Shown in pieces: positions 1 through 13,831 of a stretch of DNA of 64,000 nt. The stretch comes from Octopus sinensis. Lineage: Eukaryota. The position numbers and the translations under genes were made by a program. Below the pieces are notes generated by a model. That model did no database searches, was not told the DNA's origin, and was given only the letters and a program-made list of their open reading frames with translations. The DNA is taken from contig NC_042998.1 of NCBI RefSeq assembly GCF_006345805.1, positions 128,154,001-128,218,000 on the forward strand. The letters are read 5' to 3'. The number at the start of each line of letters is the position of its first letter. The stretch's first letter is position 1.

Positions 1-620
1 CTGCTACAACAATACTTGCTACCTTGATCAAATTATTTGTTGCTGTGATGCTTTTTGTTCTGGTGTATTTCAAAATTTCATTCACATTTTTTGTTTCTTG
101 GTTCAATTTCCACCGATCAACCTTTTAAGGTTGCAAATAATGTCGCTACCGCTCTCCTGTAGCCCTGCCTTTATTTTGTCGTAGATTGCCTTTCACCCAT
201 CTGTCATGTCACCGTTAGTTTTATTGTCTTCTTTCAGACCATCTATATGTCTTTCATCGAGCAAGCTATCACTGTTCCTTTCCTGTGGTTTATTAGAGAT
301 CTCACTCTGTTTTCTGCTATGAGATTACTTATATCAACAGGAACTGTATTTTCATCGTCTCTTCTGCTGCTATTTTCCAATACCCGTCTTTTGATAGCTT
401 CGAGCTCTACTTCTGTGAACCAACGATTGTCCTTATTGCTCTAGCTTGATCACATAATCTCTGTTCCGTGAGTTGAAACAATCCTATTTCTCTCCATTGA
501 TCATACATATGTTTTTGGTACCCCCTAATATGAGCACCATTTTCATCTACAAGGTTACTCAAGTAGTAACACTCCATGACCACAACATTGACTTGTTTGT
601 TCCCTCTACGCCGTCTGTTT
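1..620 (-). mobile_element. Decayed N-terminal part of an R4/Dong-like (RLE-type) non-LTR retrotransposon ORF, running off the left edge
   Basis: Manual minus-strand translation gives VVMECYYLS...RG YQKHMYDQWREIGLFQLTEQRLCDQARAI..RWFTEVELEAIKRRV and LKRLIG/NVNEILKYTRTKSITATNNLIKVASIVV, matching the R4/Dong N-terminal pattern (CYY..., EQRLxDQxRxI). Frameshifted. Confidence 0.7.
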
Positions 621-712
621 TAGTCCATTGCTAGATAACGACAGGCTGGAGCCGGACTAGAGTCTCTGAGCCTGCTGGGTACAACACTGTCACCATCAAG
701 GGCTTCAGTTTC

Positions 713-715
713 ATT

Positions 716-750
<35 letters not shown>

Positions 751-795
751 CATTATTATTATTATTATCATCATCAGCATCATCATCATCATCAT
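713..795. repeat. Compound trinucleotide microsatellite (TTG)n(TTA)n(TCA)n
   Basis: Directly visible; explains the poly-L, poly-N and poly-D ORFs 620..826 and 717..953. Confidence 0.95.
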
Positions 796-3700
796 GGTGC
801 AAAAACTCTCTGAACGCTTCTACCATCTCTCTTATTACAGAGAAACGATTGTCCTCTCTAAAATTCTGCGTTGATATTTTTGGCTATGATCGACAGGTAA
901 ATCATACTGTATATTGTAATAAAAATTTAAATAGCACAAATAATACAAACTAATACCTGATTAATTGTATGACAGGATATGTTTTAGGTGGTGAATTTAA
1001 TTGAAACTTACAATTATATTGCTTCATGCATGAATCACTGAAGCATATCGACATCGAAATTTCACCTTACTTAGTATTTCCCTAATTTCAAGGAGAAAAC
1101 ATCGATTCTCTAAAACTAATGTACAGCTTTACTTAGAGAAGAAGCAATTCTTGCCTGCATTGCTCTTGTTGACTTACTAAAATACCTGACAGCGAATACT
1201 TTTATGTCGTTACTGAAACTAGGTACAGATCGTTTTACACTTTGGTAAGAAAGAAACTTCTTTCAAATTGTGAGACATGTATATGAAGAATTCCTGTAAG
1301 ATACATAATTCTCGAATATCATCTGTCTTTGAAAAACTGCCGAGGCTGAAGTTATTTCACCTTAGATCATTTTACACTTGGATTTCCGGAATCTAATATC
1401 GATAATGAAAAGAAATTTTGGGGGTTTTCTCGTTCATCTTGAATCAACATTTCTGTGGAGGCGTTGGAAAATGTCCATATACTGCTTAAGGTAAATAAAA
1501 AAAATGAAATAATCCCAAATAAACCATATTATGTGAGCAACTTATAGAAAAAAAGCATAAAAGAAAGACAATAACAACGACAACGCTAACACAACATTAA
1601 TTTTTTCAAAAATCTCATTTCTCAAGCGCTATCTTTCTTATGAAATATTTCAGAGAAGGAAGGTATGAATCAAACTATTAGTTTAATGGTATTGATATTC
1701 TTAAGTCGATATAACAGGTGAAAGCACTGGGAAGAAAAGAACTATCATGATAAGAGTCGTAAACACGAAAGAAAGGATAAGAAAGCTATCTGCTTGGTGA
1801 CTGTATGTTTGATGTTTACATTAAATGATTGCGTAAAGTAGAAACTGATTAAATGCATAGACAGGCAGACATATAGGCCAGCTGTGAAGCTCGCTGTGAT
1901 TTGAAGGGAGATACCTTTATGAAAAACGCATTGAACTTTATATAGGATATGAGGTAGGGGGAAAACTCGTTGAGTTGATGATGGAAAGAAAGAACGTGTG
2001 GATATCAATAGATACATATGAAAATAGTATTTGGTGATCAGTGTCATTGAAGTACAAACCATGTCGTTAAAAGGAGAAAAGACCGAAAATGGAGGAACTA
2101 CAGACTGTAAGTTGATAACACATGAATCACTGATTTCAGGATTGTTTTCCCCCCTCTCTCTCTCTCTCTCTTTCTTTCTTTCTCCGTCTCTCTCTACCTA
2201 ACTACCTATCTAGATAGCTTTCTCTTACCATTTATCTCCCTATTTTATCTGATTATCTGTCAAAGCTATTGAGAAATATGCAATACTGCTACTGTGTAAT
2301 GTCGTTCAATAAATACACGTAAATTGGAAGCGTAGGTGTAATCAACTACACTGTTTTTGCGCTCTATTCACAACATTATAGGAATAATTAATACTCTTTC
2401 AACATAGCATCTATGGTGATCACTCATCGGTTGAAATGATGCAGACCATTGAGTCATATACATATATATATGATATTTTATTCAGACTATATACCATTCT
2501 TGTAACTTATTTTCATTAATAACAAAAGATTGTATTTAAGCGAACAGACGAACGCTTGCGCGAGAACGTGTAAACTCTTTCACTGACATTATGCATTTTA
2601 TATATACGCATAGACACAAAACAAATATAAAAATTAGTTTTCTATTCATTAATGACAAAACAGCTTTATAGATGAATAAATAAAAAAACACTTAAAGATA
2701 CAAAGATAAATAGATAGATATATAGATAGATAGAGAGAGAGAGACTGAATGATTGATAACTATGACACCGGATAGTGAGAGACAGAGAGAGAAAAAGAAG
2801 CTTAGAAATTTTGTAATGGGGAAAAAAACAAACAGTGAAACAATATAAATCCAGTTGTTGTTTCTTTATCTGTTTGTGACGTCTTCTAGACATCAACAAG
2901 GAATTCTTGGATATTTATAACATGACTTCAACAAACATCTACTTAAAACAGCTGCAGCTGATGCTGTCATTGTATCTTTTATGAAGACTTTAGCTTGAGT
3001 GTGTATATCATGCGATAAAGAAGATACAGGAAATATAAGTCTGAAGCTGTCCATTGCATCGGCGTTTGGTTGTATTTTATATCAGATGGTAAAGAGCCAG
3101 TAGTATTGTACGGCACCAGGTCGACTCTTACCGACAAGATCTATGGCTAAAGACATTCCCTTCGTGAACGATTACATTATCCAAAGCGTATCCTTTCTAT
3201 TTTTATGAGGCAGTGAAGTGTGGGTGGAATATTTTTGCTCGCCATTTCAAGCAATATAAACAACTCTCGCTTTTTTTCCTATAATAAATAAATCGAGTTT
3301 TAGTAATAGATTATTTTCATGAATGTATGATACGTCAATTACATTGTGTATATTATGTTAGAGTATAAAATAGGTAAATTATATTATTCAATTGACATAC
3401 GTTTTATTACGAACTACATGTTATACTGCTTGATCATAAATTCCATTTTTGTGTGAGTGTAAAGTTTAAACGAATTCAAAGTTTTTGTATGTACTGAATC
3501 TAAAAGTCACATTATTTTTGTCGAATTAACGCTAACTTCTGAGATATAACCTTTAAGTATTAATTTTACACCATTACGATTCACAGTAGTTGACGGTTGC
3601 AATAATAATAAATTTATACTTTTACATGGTTTTTATCCTGTCTAATTTCTAATACAATATTATCATTAATATAGTAATATCTATTTTATAGATTCATATA

Positions 3701-4444
3701 AGTTAATCATAAAGAAGCTGCTTAAATAATTCAAATACAGTCAGTAGCGAATGCAATTTACAAAACCATTAGAAAAGCCTCGCTATTATTGTGGAAAAAT
3801 ATATCTTACTGATTTTGGAATGATATGTCTTGGGGGTCCTCCTAAAATATTCACGACAATGAAAGAAGTAGAGAAAAGAAAACGTTGAAGTTGGTATGTC
3901 TGTGGTGTTCAGAGATTCCTAAAACCATCACAATGATCATCGTTTCAAAGTTGTGAAGGTGAAAAGGTTCAACTCCTGCAAGTAACATAGTTAAGAGTTA
4001 CTTGGGAGAATCTTATTCTGATTTTAAATTGCAAGATGACTCCTTTAACACAGTGGTGACGTTCCTATTATAATGTTTATATCCCTTCTGCAACCTTCTG
4101 TAATCAGAGTTTGATTAAAATTAGGGCGTAGAGTGCAATACAGACGATAACAGTGAAAGATACTATGAAGGATGCTCTTTAACACCAGCGAAAATTTTAC
4201 CAAAAGAAGCATAATGTTTTGATAGGAAAACTGTCAGTCTAAGTGAGCAACTAATCTTCTAAAATGTAGGCTTAAAAAAGTTTCTAAAATTTCAAATGAC
4301 AGAACTCTCGTGATAATAGAGGATCTCCCAGATCGAAAACATTCTCAGCGTACGGAAACTGCTTCACAAAAAATAGCTTTTCTTTTCAGAATTATGAAAT
4401 AATTCATACCTCAACAATTACTTATCATCTACAAAGCTTGAGTT

Positions 4445-5900
4445 TTCCAGGTTCAAGAGAATGTTGAGTTTGGTGTGTTGAGGATGACATGATGTAAAAA
4501 GAAGTTACTGTTTGGAGTCGGTGGGTTTGTAGAATATATCCATTTCTATTTTCCCATCTTGGTTTTTGATCAGAATATCCAGAAATGCAAGTTCTTTTGA
4601 ATTAAACTCCATTGTGAATTGGAAGTTATTGCAGAGGTTATTTAACATGTTTTTGAATTCAGTTAACTTGTCAATATTTTCCTGCCATAAAATAAAGCAA
4701 TCATCCAGGTATCTTTTCCAATTGTTTCTGAGTTGTGTACGGAACGTGTCACCAAATTTTAAAAGAGATTGGTTGTAGTTTTTTTGTTCGTGGAATCCCA
4801 TGACTAAGTTGGCGTATGTGGGGCCCACTTTCGTACCCATCGCCATTCCTGATGTTTGGCGGTAATCCGATCCGTTGAAGGTAAGAAAAGTTGTTTCCAA
4901 ATACGAATCTGAGCCTATGAATGATAAATTATTTTTCTATGCATGTTGGAAGTTCAGATTGGTGAGTGTCTTGAGGATTTACAAGCTTCTCTTATTCTTT
5001 TGCATTTATGGATTTTAGGCTCGTTTTGCATTTGAAGTGTCATAATTAGTCAATCTCTTTGCTGGTTAAGCCTTTGTTATACTTCTTTAGAAGTGTTGTG
5101 AGGTTTTCCATTATTTTTTATTTTTTGTAGTGAGTTGCTTTTTCATAATAGTTGTTGTCCTCTGGCATTGTGAGTGCTAAGTCTTTATAGTAATTTGTGT
5201 CCATAATGACGACAGTACTCCCTTTATCGGTTTCATTCATAGTTATATCCATATTTTCTTGTAAATCCAATATATTCTTCTATTCATGCTTTGTAAAGTT
5301 TGATTTAATGTTTTATCTTCAACTTTTTCAAGGGGGGGGTCATAATATATCCACAGTTGGAGTCCAGTGCTTTATTGAACTCTTTATTTGTACAAAAGTT
5401 GCTTTTGTTTCTAGCTAATGATTCGCCCTTATCATTAGAATTGTTGGTGGAATATTCGGTCAGCCTGAGTTCTCGGCATGATTCTGCAATATCATTTTTC
5501 AGTTCGGGGAAGTTTGTCTTTTTGGTGTGGGTGTAAACTTGAGTCCCTTACTTAGAATTTCTATTTGAGTGTCAGTTGATAGTATTTTTGAAAGGTTAAT
5601 TACCTTGGTTTCTTGTGTAGGGGGCCAATGTGTGTCCTGGTATTCCTGTCTTTGTACTAAAAAATGAATGTAAATTTGAGTGTGGTTGATATTTGTTGTC
5701 GGTCTATTCTGTGTGGTCCTGTAGGGTCATTTTTGATGGTGAGTTTGTTGAGGTGGGATCTGCTGTAGTTGCTATTGTGAGAGAAAATTTGGGGAATATT
5801 TGTGTTGTGGTTCGGTGTGGTTTTTCTTTGGTTGTAGTTGGGTGAATTTGGTTTTGATTGGGAAGAATTGTGCTTGTGGGTTAGGTGTGTTGTGGGTTAG
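4445..5900 (-). mobile_element. Degenerate Penelope/Poseidon-type PLE: ORF1 tail, N-terminal KGLKFxPTP region and RT core; no endonuclease
   Basis: ORF 4505..4900 has YRQTSGMAMGTKVGPTYANL, WKRYLDDCFILW, FTMEFNSKELAFLD, IFYKPTDS. Manual translation upstream gives KVINLS..QIEILSKGLKFTPTPKK; downstream gives LLFTSCHPQHTK. Confidence 0.92.
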
Positions 5901-6068
5901 GCCAATCCAGCATGTGTCTTATTGCTTATACATTTAAAATTTTTTCAAATCCACTGCGCAAGCGCAGACTTTTTTGTCGGTAGCACAACGATGCTTGCGC
6001 AGTGGATTTGCTCAGTGGATTTGAAAAAAATTAAAATGCATAAACAATGAGACACATGCTGGATTGGC
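5901..6068. repeat. Inverted repeat (arms 5901-5963 and 5993-6068, 29-nt loop) at the 5' truncation point of the PLE
   Basis: GCCAATCCAGCATGTGTC...TCCACTGCGCAAGC versus GCTTGCGCAGTGGATTTG...GACACATGCTGGATTGGC; the right arm carries a 13-bp internal duplication. Confidence 0.9.
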
Positions 6069-6099
6069 TTCGTTTTTTATATATTTAATCTATGGCGTC

Positions 6100-6177
6100 C
6101 CTGCTGATGAAGACTTCGCCTGGTAAATAATTTTTATTTACTAAAATAAGTCAGAAAGTCAGAAACCATGGTCCAGG
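6100..6177 (+). ncRNA. Type I minimal hammerhead ribozyme motif in an inverted PLE pLTR
   Basis: CCTG-CTGATGA-(A)GACTT..stem-loop..AAGTC(A)-GAAA-C-CATG-G-TC-CAGG: core boxes, palindromic stem III ACCATGGT, GUC triplet, 4-bp stem I. Confidence 0.65.
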
Positions 6178-6405
6178 TAAGATATGGTAAATGTTTTTAT
6201 TTTTCATTCCCTTCGAGAATTTATCCCTAATTAGTGGTTTGGACTTTAGCTGTTCTTTCTAGCGTAAATGATTCCTATGATGGAAGCCTCTTAATGTTTT
6301 TTAATGTACACTGTATTTTATATGAATAATATATAGTCTATTGACTAATTTTTCTATACGCTAGGCCACTGGTAGTAAACATTTCTAAAATCTTTATTAC
6401 CCTGA

Positions 6406-6424
6406 TATTATATATATATATAAA

Positions 6425-6460
<36 letters not shown>

Positions 6461-6493
6461 TGTATGTATGTATGTATGTATGTATGTATGTAT
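6406..6493. repeat. (TA)n(ATGT)n microsatellite
   Basis: Directly visible. Confidence 0.95.
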
Positions 6494-7550
6494 GACTCAC
6501 AACATTGTTACTCAGAGTATCACGTATGTGTTCGGCAATTCATGGCGATCTGAACTCTGGGGAGAAGAGTTGTATTAACGGGAAACCGACTACATCAACT
6601 CTCATTGGTCGAAGCACGTGCGTTGATTGTTAGTGTTGAAGGCTTGACAAACAATATTGGTGTTGCAGCAGTTTTTGGTTTTAGTTGATTCATCGTAAGG
6701 AAATGTACGCAGATCTGATGTGCGATTGTCAGGGTAGCCAAACAACTACAATAAAGTGAATCGCCTGGTTAGGATAGGTCGGATTGATGATAGCAAATGA
6801 ATAACGATTCTAATCTTCTGTTGAGCGATATCAGTAGCTGTTATACGATCTACAATGTGATATCTCTGTCCACAATGTTCCTTGGTATTGGATATTCGCA
6901 AATCAGTGATCCTTGGGTTTTCAAACGAATTAGGTCAAAGATGGGAAATTCTTCTAATCTTTCAACCTGAATCGGTGCAGATACCAGAAGTATCAACTCG
7001 TAAAGATATTTGCATTTAGCAGTACCAGCAATATCAATTTCCGTCTCTATAACACTAAAAGCCACGTGATCAACTTCGTCCAATGAGAATAGCCCTAAAT
7101 GTAGTTTTTTTAATACATTGCTTTACACAATTCAGTTTATTCAAGAGTGTTTGATCGAGCGCCTGTACGCGACATTCTGAGTATCAGTGAAGTGAATCAT
7201 AAACCGATCTTTAATAAACAGGAGCCCTATGTTTATGTAATGGGTACCTTGTTTTACATTTTTACTGAAATGCATACATACATTCGTGCCTGTGCGTACG
7301 TTTATGTGACTGTGTGTCTTTGTGTTTGTATATGTGTGTGTACGGATATCAGTGTGAAAGTCTGCGAATGTGTAGTAGTTACTAAAATTCGTATATGAAT
7401 TTCCTCCTGGTTATGAATGCTAGTCAGTTTTATTTCCAGTAAATATGTTGTAGATAAAGTTTAATTGTCTGTGAAATATCTATAGTAATAACTTACCATC
7501 TATTTTGTCACTGTGAATAAAGATTAAACGAATCTTTCATTTTCTATTTC

Positions 7551-8130
7551 ATCATCATCATTGTTCGACCGTGGTCGAGACAATGGAATTTACCATGCTA
7601 CGCCAGACTTCCCGGTCCATCATGGCATTACGGAGGTCCAGTTGCTGGATGCCTGTAATCCCTGGAGATTACATCAGGGTAGGAGAGTGTGCGCCCTCTG
7701 GTATTGCGAGTAGAGGAAAAGAGTAGAAATCACCTCTTTTTCAGCTCTACAACAACGTCCAGCAAACTGAACTCTCTTACCTTTCACAAGAGATGACACA
7801 GGTAGTAGTTTCCCATATATTTGCATTTTGGTTGGATGGCGCTTCCACGAGAGATTTTGAGCTCTCATAAGGAGGCGAGTGTAGGTTCCACCCAACCGCC
7901 TCTCAAGCTTCTTTAATAACGTCCAGGTTTCTGAGCCATATAGTAGAATTGGTTCGACTGTGGCTTTGAAGATTTCAAGTTTGAAGTCTCTACTTAGATT
8001 TGATGACCAGATCTTATGCATGTCATTACAGGCTGACCAGGCCATACATACCCTTTCTAGTTAGAAAGTCTTTTCCAGATGATGATATGTATGACCCAAG
8101 ATATTTGTAATCAGAAACCATATTTAAGGG
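7551..8130 (-). mobile_element. 5'-truncated RTE-clade LINE 3' end
   Basis: ORF 7674..8045 (AWSACNDMHKIW...FKATVEPILLYGSETWTL...QFAGRCCR), upstream YKYLG-like motif near 8100, and a (TGA)n tail at 7551-7562. Confidence 0.85.
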
Positions 8131-9655
8131 CGCATAAACAAGTGCCTGTCCAACAGTGATTGCATCATCCATACTCTCAACAATGCGCATTTTCTATTTA
8201 ACGGTGCTGATTCAGTGAAAATTTACTGCAGTATTTCTTCAGCATACAATACATCTGGTGGCTCACTGCGATGAAATTGCATAGGATATTTCACAGTAAG
8301 AATACAAAATGTTATTCATATATTCTACCCTATTTGTAGAAACATTTCGTCAATAAAGTCAACTACAATTTTTCTTTTTCTTTTTTTTTATGTATTTGCA
8401 TTGATTAGTTCAATTTGTTTCCTTCTTCTGCTTCTCTCGAATACTTCCAATGAAGTTAACTGGAATAGTTTAATGTTATCTCAAAAGTAGTTCAAACTTT
8501 TAATCAGAACCATTCTTGCAACGTTAAAATATTCATATACTCACATATATACATATATGCATGTGTTCATGTACATATTTAATTCATTCAATGGAAAATT
8601 GTACAATGACGACGAGCTGTCCATAACACTGAAAAAATGAGCTAGGGAGAAAAAATCGATAACTATATTAAAGGAAATTAATTTTCAAAGCACTATCATC
8701 ACAAACCTGCGAATCATCAATTTTTGATATATGACTTTTAGCTTTACCGTTAAAGAAAGCTAAATGAAATATGTTTTCTTTTTCATTTGGTCAGGAGAAA
8801 AAGGATGTCTGATCGACATGGTTAATGTTTCTTTTCAATAGCTGAAATTTGAAAGTCATAAGAAAGCTACAGGCATAAAGGAAATTCCGACGATCTGTGG
8901 AAGACGGACTGAGCGTAGAGCAACGTGACGAGTGAAAGTAACACAATCAGCAAGCAGTTACTATGGAAAAGTATGGTATTAGCAGATACGGACTGCAGTT
9001 GGTGTCAGTAGTTGATGTATAGAAGGTAAAGAATGGGCGGAAGAGAAACGAATGGTGGGTCACAGTGGTTAAGTGAGGGAAGCTACATCAGCACATGTCG
9101 CGCTTTAATTAAAAATCACTGATTCAAGAATCAAGATATTGTAGACTCAAGTATAATATAAAAACTTCAGCAATTTGCATGTGTAACCAACCATCCCATT
9201 ACATCTACAAATTCAAAGTAGTTTGCCAATGGTCCTTCAGCAACAACAAACCTTGATAAACTCAGTGGATACTACGAACTTAAGGCCATGACAAACAGAA
9301 AGGATGCTCTTGAAGCTGAGAATTTGAACTTATGGGGACAATAATTTACATATTGCCTGCGGAAACACAACTAGATCTCATAATGTAGGGAACTTGTGGC
9401 ATAATCAAGTCTTGCACACCTGGAGAATTACATAGCGTAGAAACAATTGTAGTGATTAAAACTAAATTTCCAACCGTACTCCTTTTTGTTGACTCCAAAT
9501 TTTTTCAGTTATCTATTCACTCACGACGGAAGCCCAAACGCAAACCTGGAAGTACGTATACTACTACTACTGGATAGCATAGGGTGAATGTACAGGTGAA
9601 CAAGCCTTATACTGAACTCTACTACGTTCTTAACAGAATATACCGATATACCGTA

Positions 9656-9675
9656 AGTGTGTGTGTGTGTGTGTG

Positions 9676-9730
<55 letters not shown>

Positions 9731-9751
9731 CGTGTGTGTGTGTGTGCGTGT
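9656..9751. repeat. (GT)n microsatellite
   Basis: Directly visible. Confidence 0.95.
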
Positions 9752-10949
9752 GAAATCGAAAGGGAAAAGTGAAGCTATGTCACTTAAGCAAAATAGAACA
9801 TTGCTTTCTTTCAGTCTCTTTTTTATAATTTTGATCGTGGACAACTGAAATAAATATGAAGTAAATCCCCTTGATTACATCGATATAAATGATGTTGTAA
9901 TTGAAACCAAGCAAACAGTAACCGTACTGCTCTAATCCATGCTAATGAACCATCGCTGTTTGGACACAATGGCCGCCTAAGAAAATATAGCATAATATCA
10001 CTTCACTAAGTAAATTATATAACAATTCCAGTTGAGTGAAGTTCAGTAACAACATCTCATCTGCAGCCTGCTTAGGCTTTTCTATAAATCAATGCATTAT
10101 AACAGCTCGTAAATTCTTCTCAAAAGCCTACAATGCATAAATTTCCCAAAAGACCTTTAAATCTCGAATGCATGGTGCTATGAGCGAAGAAAGTAAAGAT
10201 TAATATGTTCAGCAAGATGTGGCCTACCTCCAGTGTCAGTTAATGACAAATGACAAATGACGAACGATGTATTATCGTGTGCCTGATTCACTGAAGCAAA
10301 TATTGCAGTGGGCATTTGAAATTAGATAAATTTTGTGTTAGCAATATGTATGATATTAATCTTATGTTTCTTGTAAATAAGGTAAAGATTGCATTTGTGT
10401 GTGGGGGGGAATGTGTGTGTGTGTGTATGCAAATCATGCACACAAATAACGTGTGTACATATATAACCATATGAACCTGTTTGGGTATATGTGTGCATGT
10501 GTGTATGTGTGTGTGCGTTTCATAAAGTACATGACTGTGTTCAAGTTTTATGTATTTTATTTAGTACAAGCAGTAATACTCGTGGTTCGTCGGGTAATTA
10601 CTTTTACTCTTTCTCGGGAGCCACATTCAAAGTATTATTATGTATATATTTACTCCTCATGTATGTGTGTATTTTACAAAAGAAAAACGTAATAATTGAA
10701 GTAGAAAAAGATCAATTTCGTACACGAACATCTCTTTGTTTATTATATGACAATAATAAGTGAGTTGTATGTGTCATTTTATTTATCAGTACACTAATGG
10801 CAATTACATAATGTACTTCATTTAAATAGGTAATTTACTCATTCTTTAATACAATGATAGTAATGGCAAATTAAGTTACTGAAGCATTCATGTTGCATTA
10901 AGAGTGAATATTTCTTTATAAACAATGTTTTTTTTGTTTTTTTTATTTC

Positions 10950-13500
10950 GGGGTGCCTAAGCAAAAGTATTCGCTTTTGCTCCCACACATGATGCCCTCA
11001 CATTACGTTGGCCATGTGAAAAACATGGTTCTTCAATTTGTTATCCAGCAACTTTTAGTGTTTGACCTGACTTTTATTAATGCTCATGGCAAAAGAAACT
11101 CAGGAAACTGTAACCGCTTAAACTGGAGTGGGACATTAAATGATATAACTGGCATGTGAGGAATTAAAACGGTCTCACCTTTGCCACAACCAGTGAGAAT
11201 ATTTGCCTCGATGCAGTTCCTCATAAATCTGTGCACAATTAATATTGTACCATTGCATAATTTTGGTCGAGACAAATTACACAATAGCACAATTGGAGTC
11301 CCTTTTTTCAGCTGAAGATAATGAGGAGCTGTACCTAATGGTTGTAGTGAGTTCAAAACTTCGGTAGGGTAGTTAACATTATCCTGCTCATCAACAACAC
11401 TCTCAACTGAATTATAAGTGAATACTTCTCCCGGAAGTTTATTCAATAGCATATTATTAATGCTATTTACAATAGCGTATTATTAATTCTATTTACAGCA
11501 ACATGTTTAGGAGCCAGGATAGCTCGCTCACAGATCCAATGTGTATTGTTCTAATTATGAAGAAGAAACAGAAAGATTTCAGCCACCAAATCATCGACGG
11601 AATCAGTTGAATTACATATTGGACTGAGTCTAAGAAATTATTCGTCAATTGCAACTTTCCTTCACCGAATTTCAAAAGCTGCTCTGCAAATAGTTCAGCT
11701 GACTGATCTCTTGAAACCACGATCTCATATTTGTCGAAAGTTGAAGCATTTTCACATGGTGCCATAATGCAGAAGACTTTATTGAAGCATTGAGCTCATC
11801 CACTTTTGTTCCTCTTGGAACAACTGGTAACGTTTGTCGGAAGTTTACTGACAATAATACTGTGACTTTTCCCATCATGGAATTACAATTTCTTATGTCT
11901 CGTAATGTTCTGTCTACAGCTTCAAAAGCCTTTTTGTGGGCCATGGCACATTTGTCCCAGACAATTAAGAGATGTTCTTGTATTAGTTCAACCATTCCAG
12001 AACTTTTAGATATATTACAAACTGAATCTTCTTTGTTAGATAAATCTAAAGGTAGCTTGAATGTTGAATGGGCAGTCCAACCTCCGGGTAGTAATATTGC
12101 TGCAATCCAAGAAGTAGCAGTAGCTAAAGTCATTTTTTTCTTGACGATCTTTAGCCAGGAGGAGTGTAATTATAAATGTTTTTCCAGAGCACCTTAGAAA
12201 TAAAGTCCTCATGTGTTGTTAATACTTTCTATGACACTGGAATATGCACGACGTTGATCAGGTAGAAACTTGGGAAGATTATCCTTTATGTACGTGGTCG
12301 GTTCCTCCATATGATCAGAAATTTCCCACATTATTTTAGTGGACGACTGTTAAGATCCCCTCTATTAGTTAGTGGGAGACCTAAATTTTCTATAGGTTCA
12401 CCTCCCATCGAAATAATTTGATTTATATTTCAATCAAAGCCACATTATATATAGCATCAGTGAAACCAAAATCTTGCTCAAGATTACTCAACTGAACTTA
12501 GTCCTTGAACTCTTCGGCAAGATCATTTCTGAACTTATTCTACAGTTCAACAGGATTACTTGCTTCACAATTTTTTAGAAAAATACCAAAAGGATCTTTT
12601 AAACTCTTTGGCGTTTTTGATATTGAAGCTTCTTCCAGTGTTGCTTCCCATTGCTGATCATTTGCAAGCAAACCTAACTTCAAAAGCGCTTCTCAATATA
12701 CTCTGCAAATCTCACCACCAACTTCTTTCAAATTTTCCCATGAAGTTGGCCCTCTTTTTATATGAAGAAGCATTCCAAGATGAAAGTGTTCATTTTCGTT
12801 AGGATGTACTCTACCAATCGTTGTACCAAGCGTAATCGTAGAATGACATTGAAATTTTGTATTTATTTTGCGTTTATACCATTTATTATTACTCCATGTG
12901 TAATAAAAAGGAACCTCATGATATAGCAATGTTTTTGCAAAATTGCCACCCTCACCCCCGACAAAAATTTGAAAAGGCTGTGAAAGTGGTATCCTTCGGA
13001 TTTGAAACTTGATTTGAAGTGAACTCTTTGACCATTTTCTAAATACACAGAAAGTTGTTTAATGGCTGAGTGCCTTTCGTGAGTTGGGAATCCAAAACTG
13101 CGCCAGAAGGCCTCATTACTACTTTATATGTCTCCCTAATTGGTATTGTTTAACTTCGTTGTTAGTGTTTTCTTGAATGGCGAAAGAAGCAGCATCACTG
13201 CCTTTATTTATATATTTGCATACATACGTTTTACTCTTCAAGGAGTTGCAATACTTTACATTGATATTAGCGTCGAAAGTCTTTCACAGAAATGGCTAGT
13301 AAGGAACTATCAAGGGCCATGAACTATATGAGATGCCATGATGTCATAAAATGTCCGATCATTGGCAGGATCAGGAATTTCGGCTGAAATTATAGTATCA
13401 ATTTGATTTGAGTGCCCCTCCACCTAAAACATTCTGGGCAATATTACAGGAGCAGAAGGTGTGAAGCTCTATGATTTACACTGTTTTGTTTGTAAGGTAA
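10950..13500 (-). mobile_element. Decayed Helitron Rep/PIF1-helicase region (multiple frameshifts and stops)
   Basis: Helicase motifs: TGIAATLL-like TSWIAAILLPGGWTAHSTFKLP, LIVWDKCAM, FRQTLPVVPRG, LCNGT, FKRLQFP, FAMSINKSQGQTL. Rep motifs near 13200-13420: IISAEIPDP, NINVKYC..YVCKYINKG. Also YHEVPFYYTW and HFHLGMLLHIKRGPTSWENL. Confidence 0.95.
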
Positions 13501-13519
13501 ATCTCTGCCTAAAATCTTT

Positions 13520-13697
13520 TTCTATAGTTCTATATTTAAGACATCAGGGACTATGTACATTATCTACATTATTTACAATTGACGGATATTTGTCCTCGTT
13601 TGTTGTTAACACAAAGTTTCGGCTGATATACCCTCCAGCCTACATCAGGTGTCTTGGGGAAATTTCGAACCTGGGTTCTCATTCCTAAGGTATTTTT
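13520..13697 (-). repeat. Short pLTR-like module with a mutated minimal hammerhead (left copy)
   Basis: Minus strand reads GACAC-CTGATGT-AGGCTG..CAGCC-GAAA-CTTT-GTGTT; inverted copy at 15251-15396. Confidence 0.7.
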
Positions 13698-13702
13698 CGA
13701 TA

Positions 13703-13767
<65 letters not shown>

Positions 13768-13831
13768 CGAGCTACTAACCCCAAGATTCCAAGTTAGATT
13801 CCCGGCAGTCACCTGAATAATAATAATAATA

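Noticed and set aside
6850-7083. 77-aa minus-strand ORF of ordinary composition
   Set aside because: No recognisable motif and weak splice context; cannot be called without a search.
10700-10950. Search for the Helitron 3' hairpin and CTRR terminus
   Set aside because: No GC-rich hairpin or CTRR found, so the element boundaries are left approximate.
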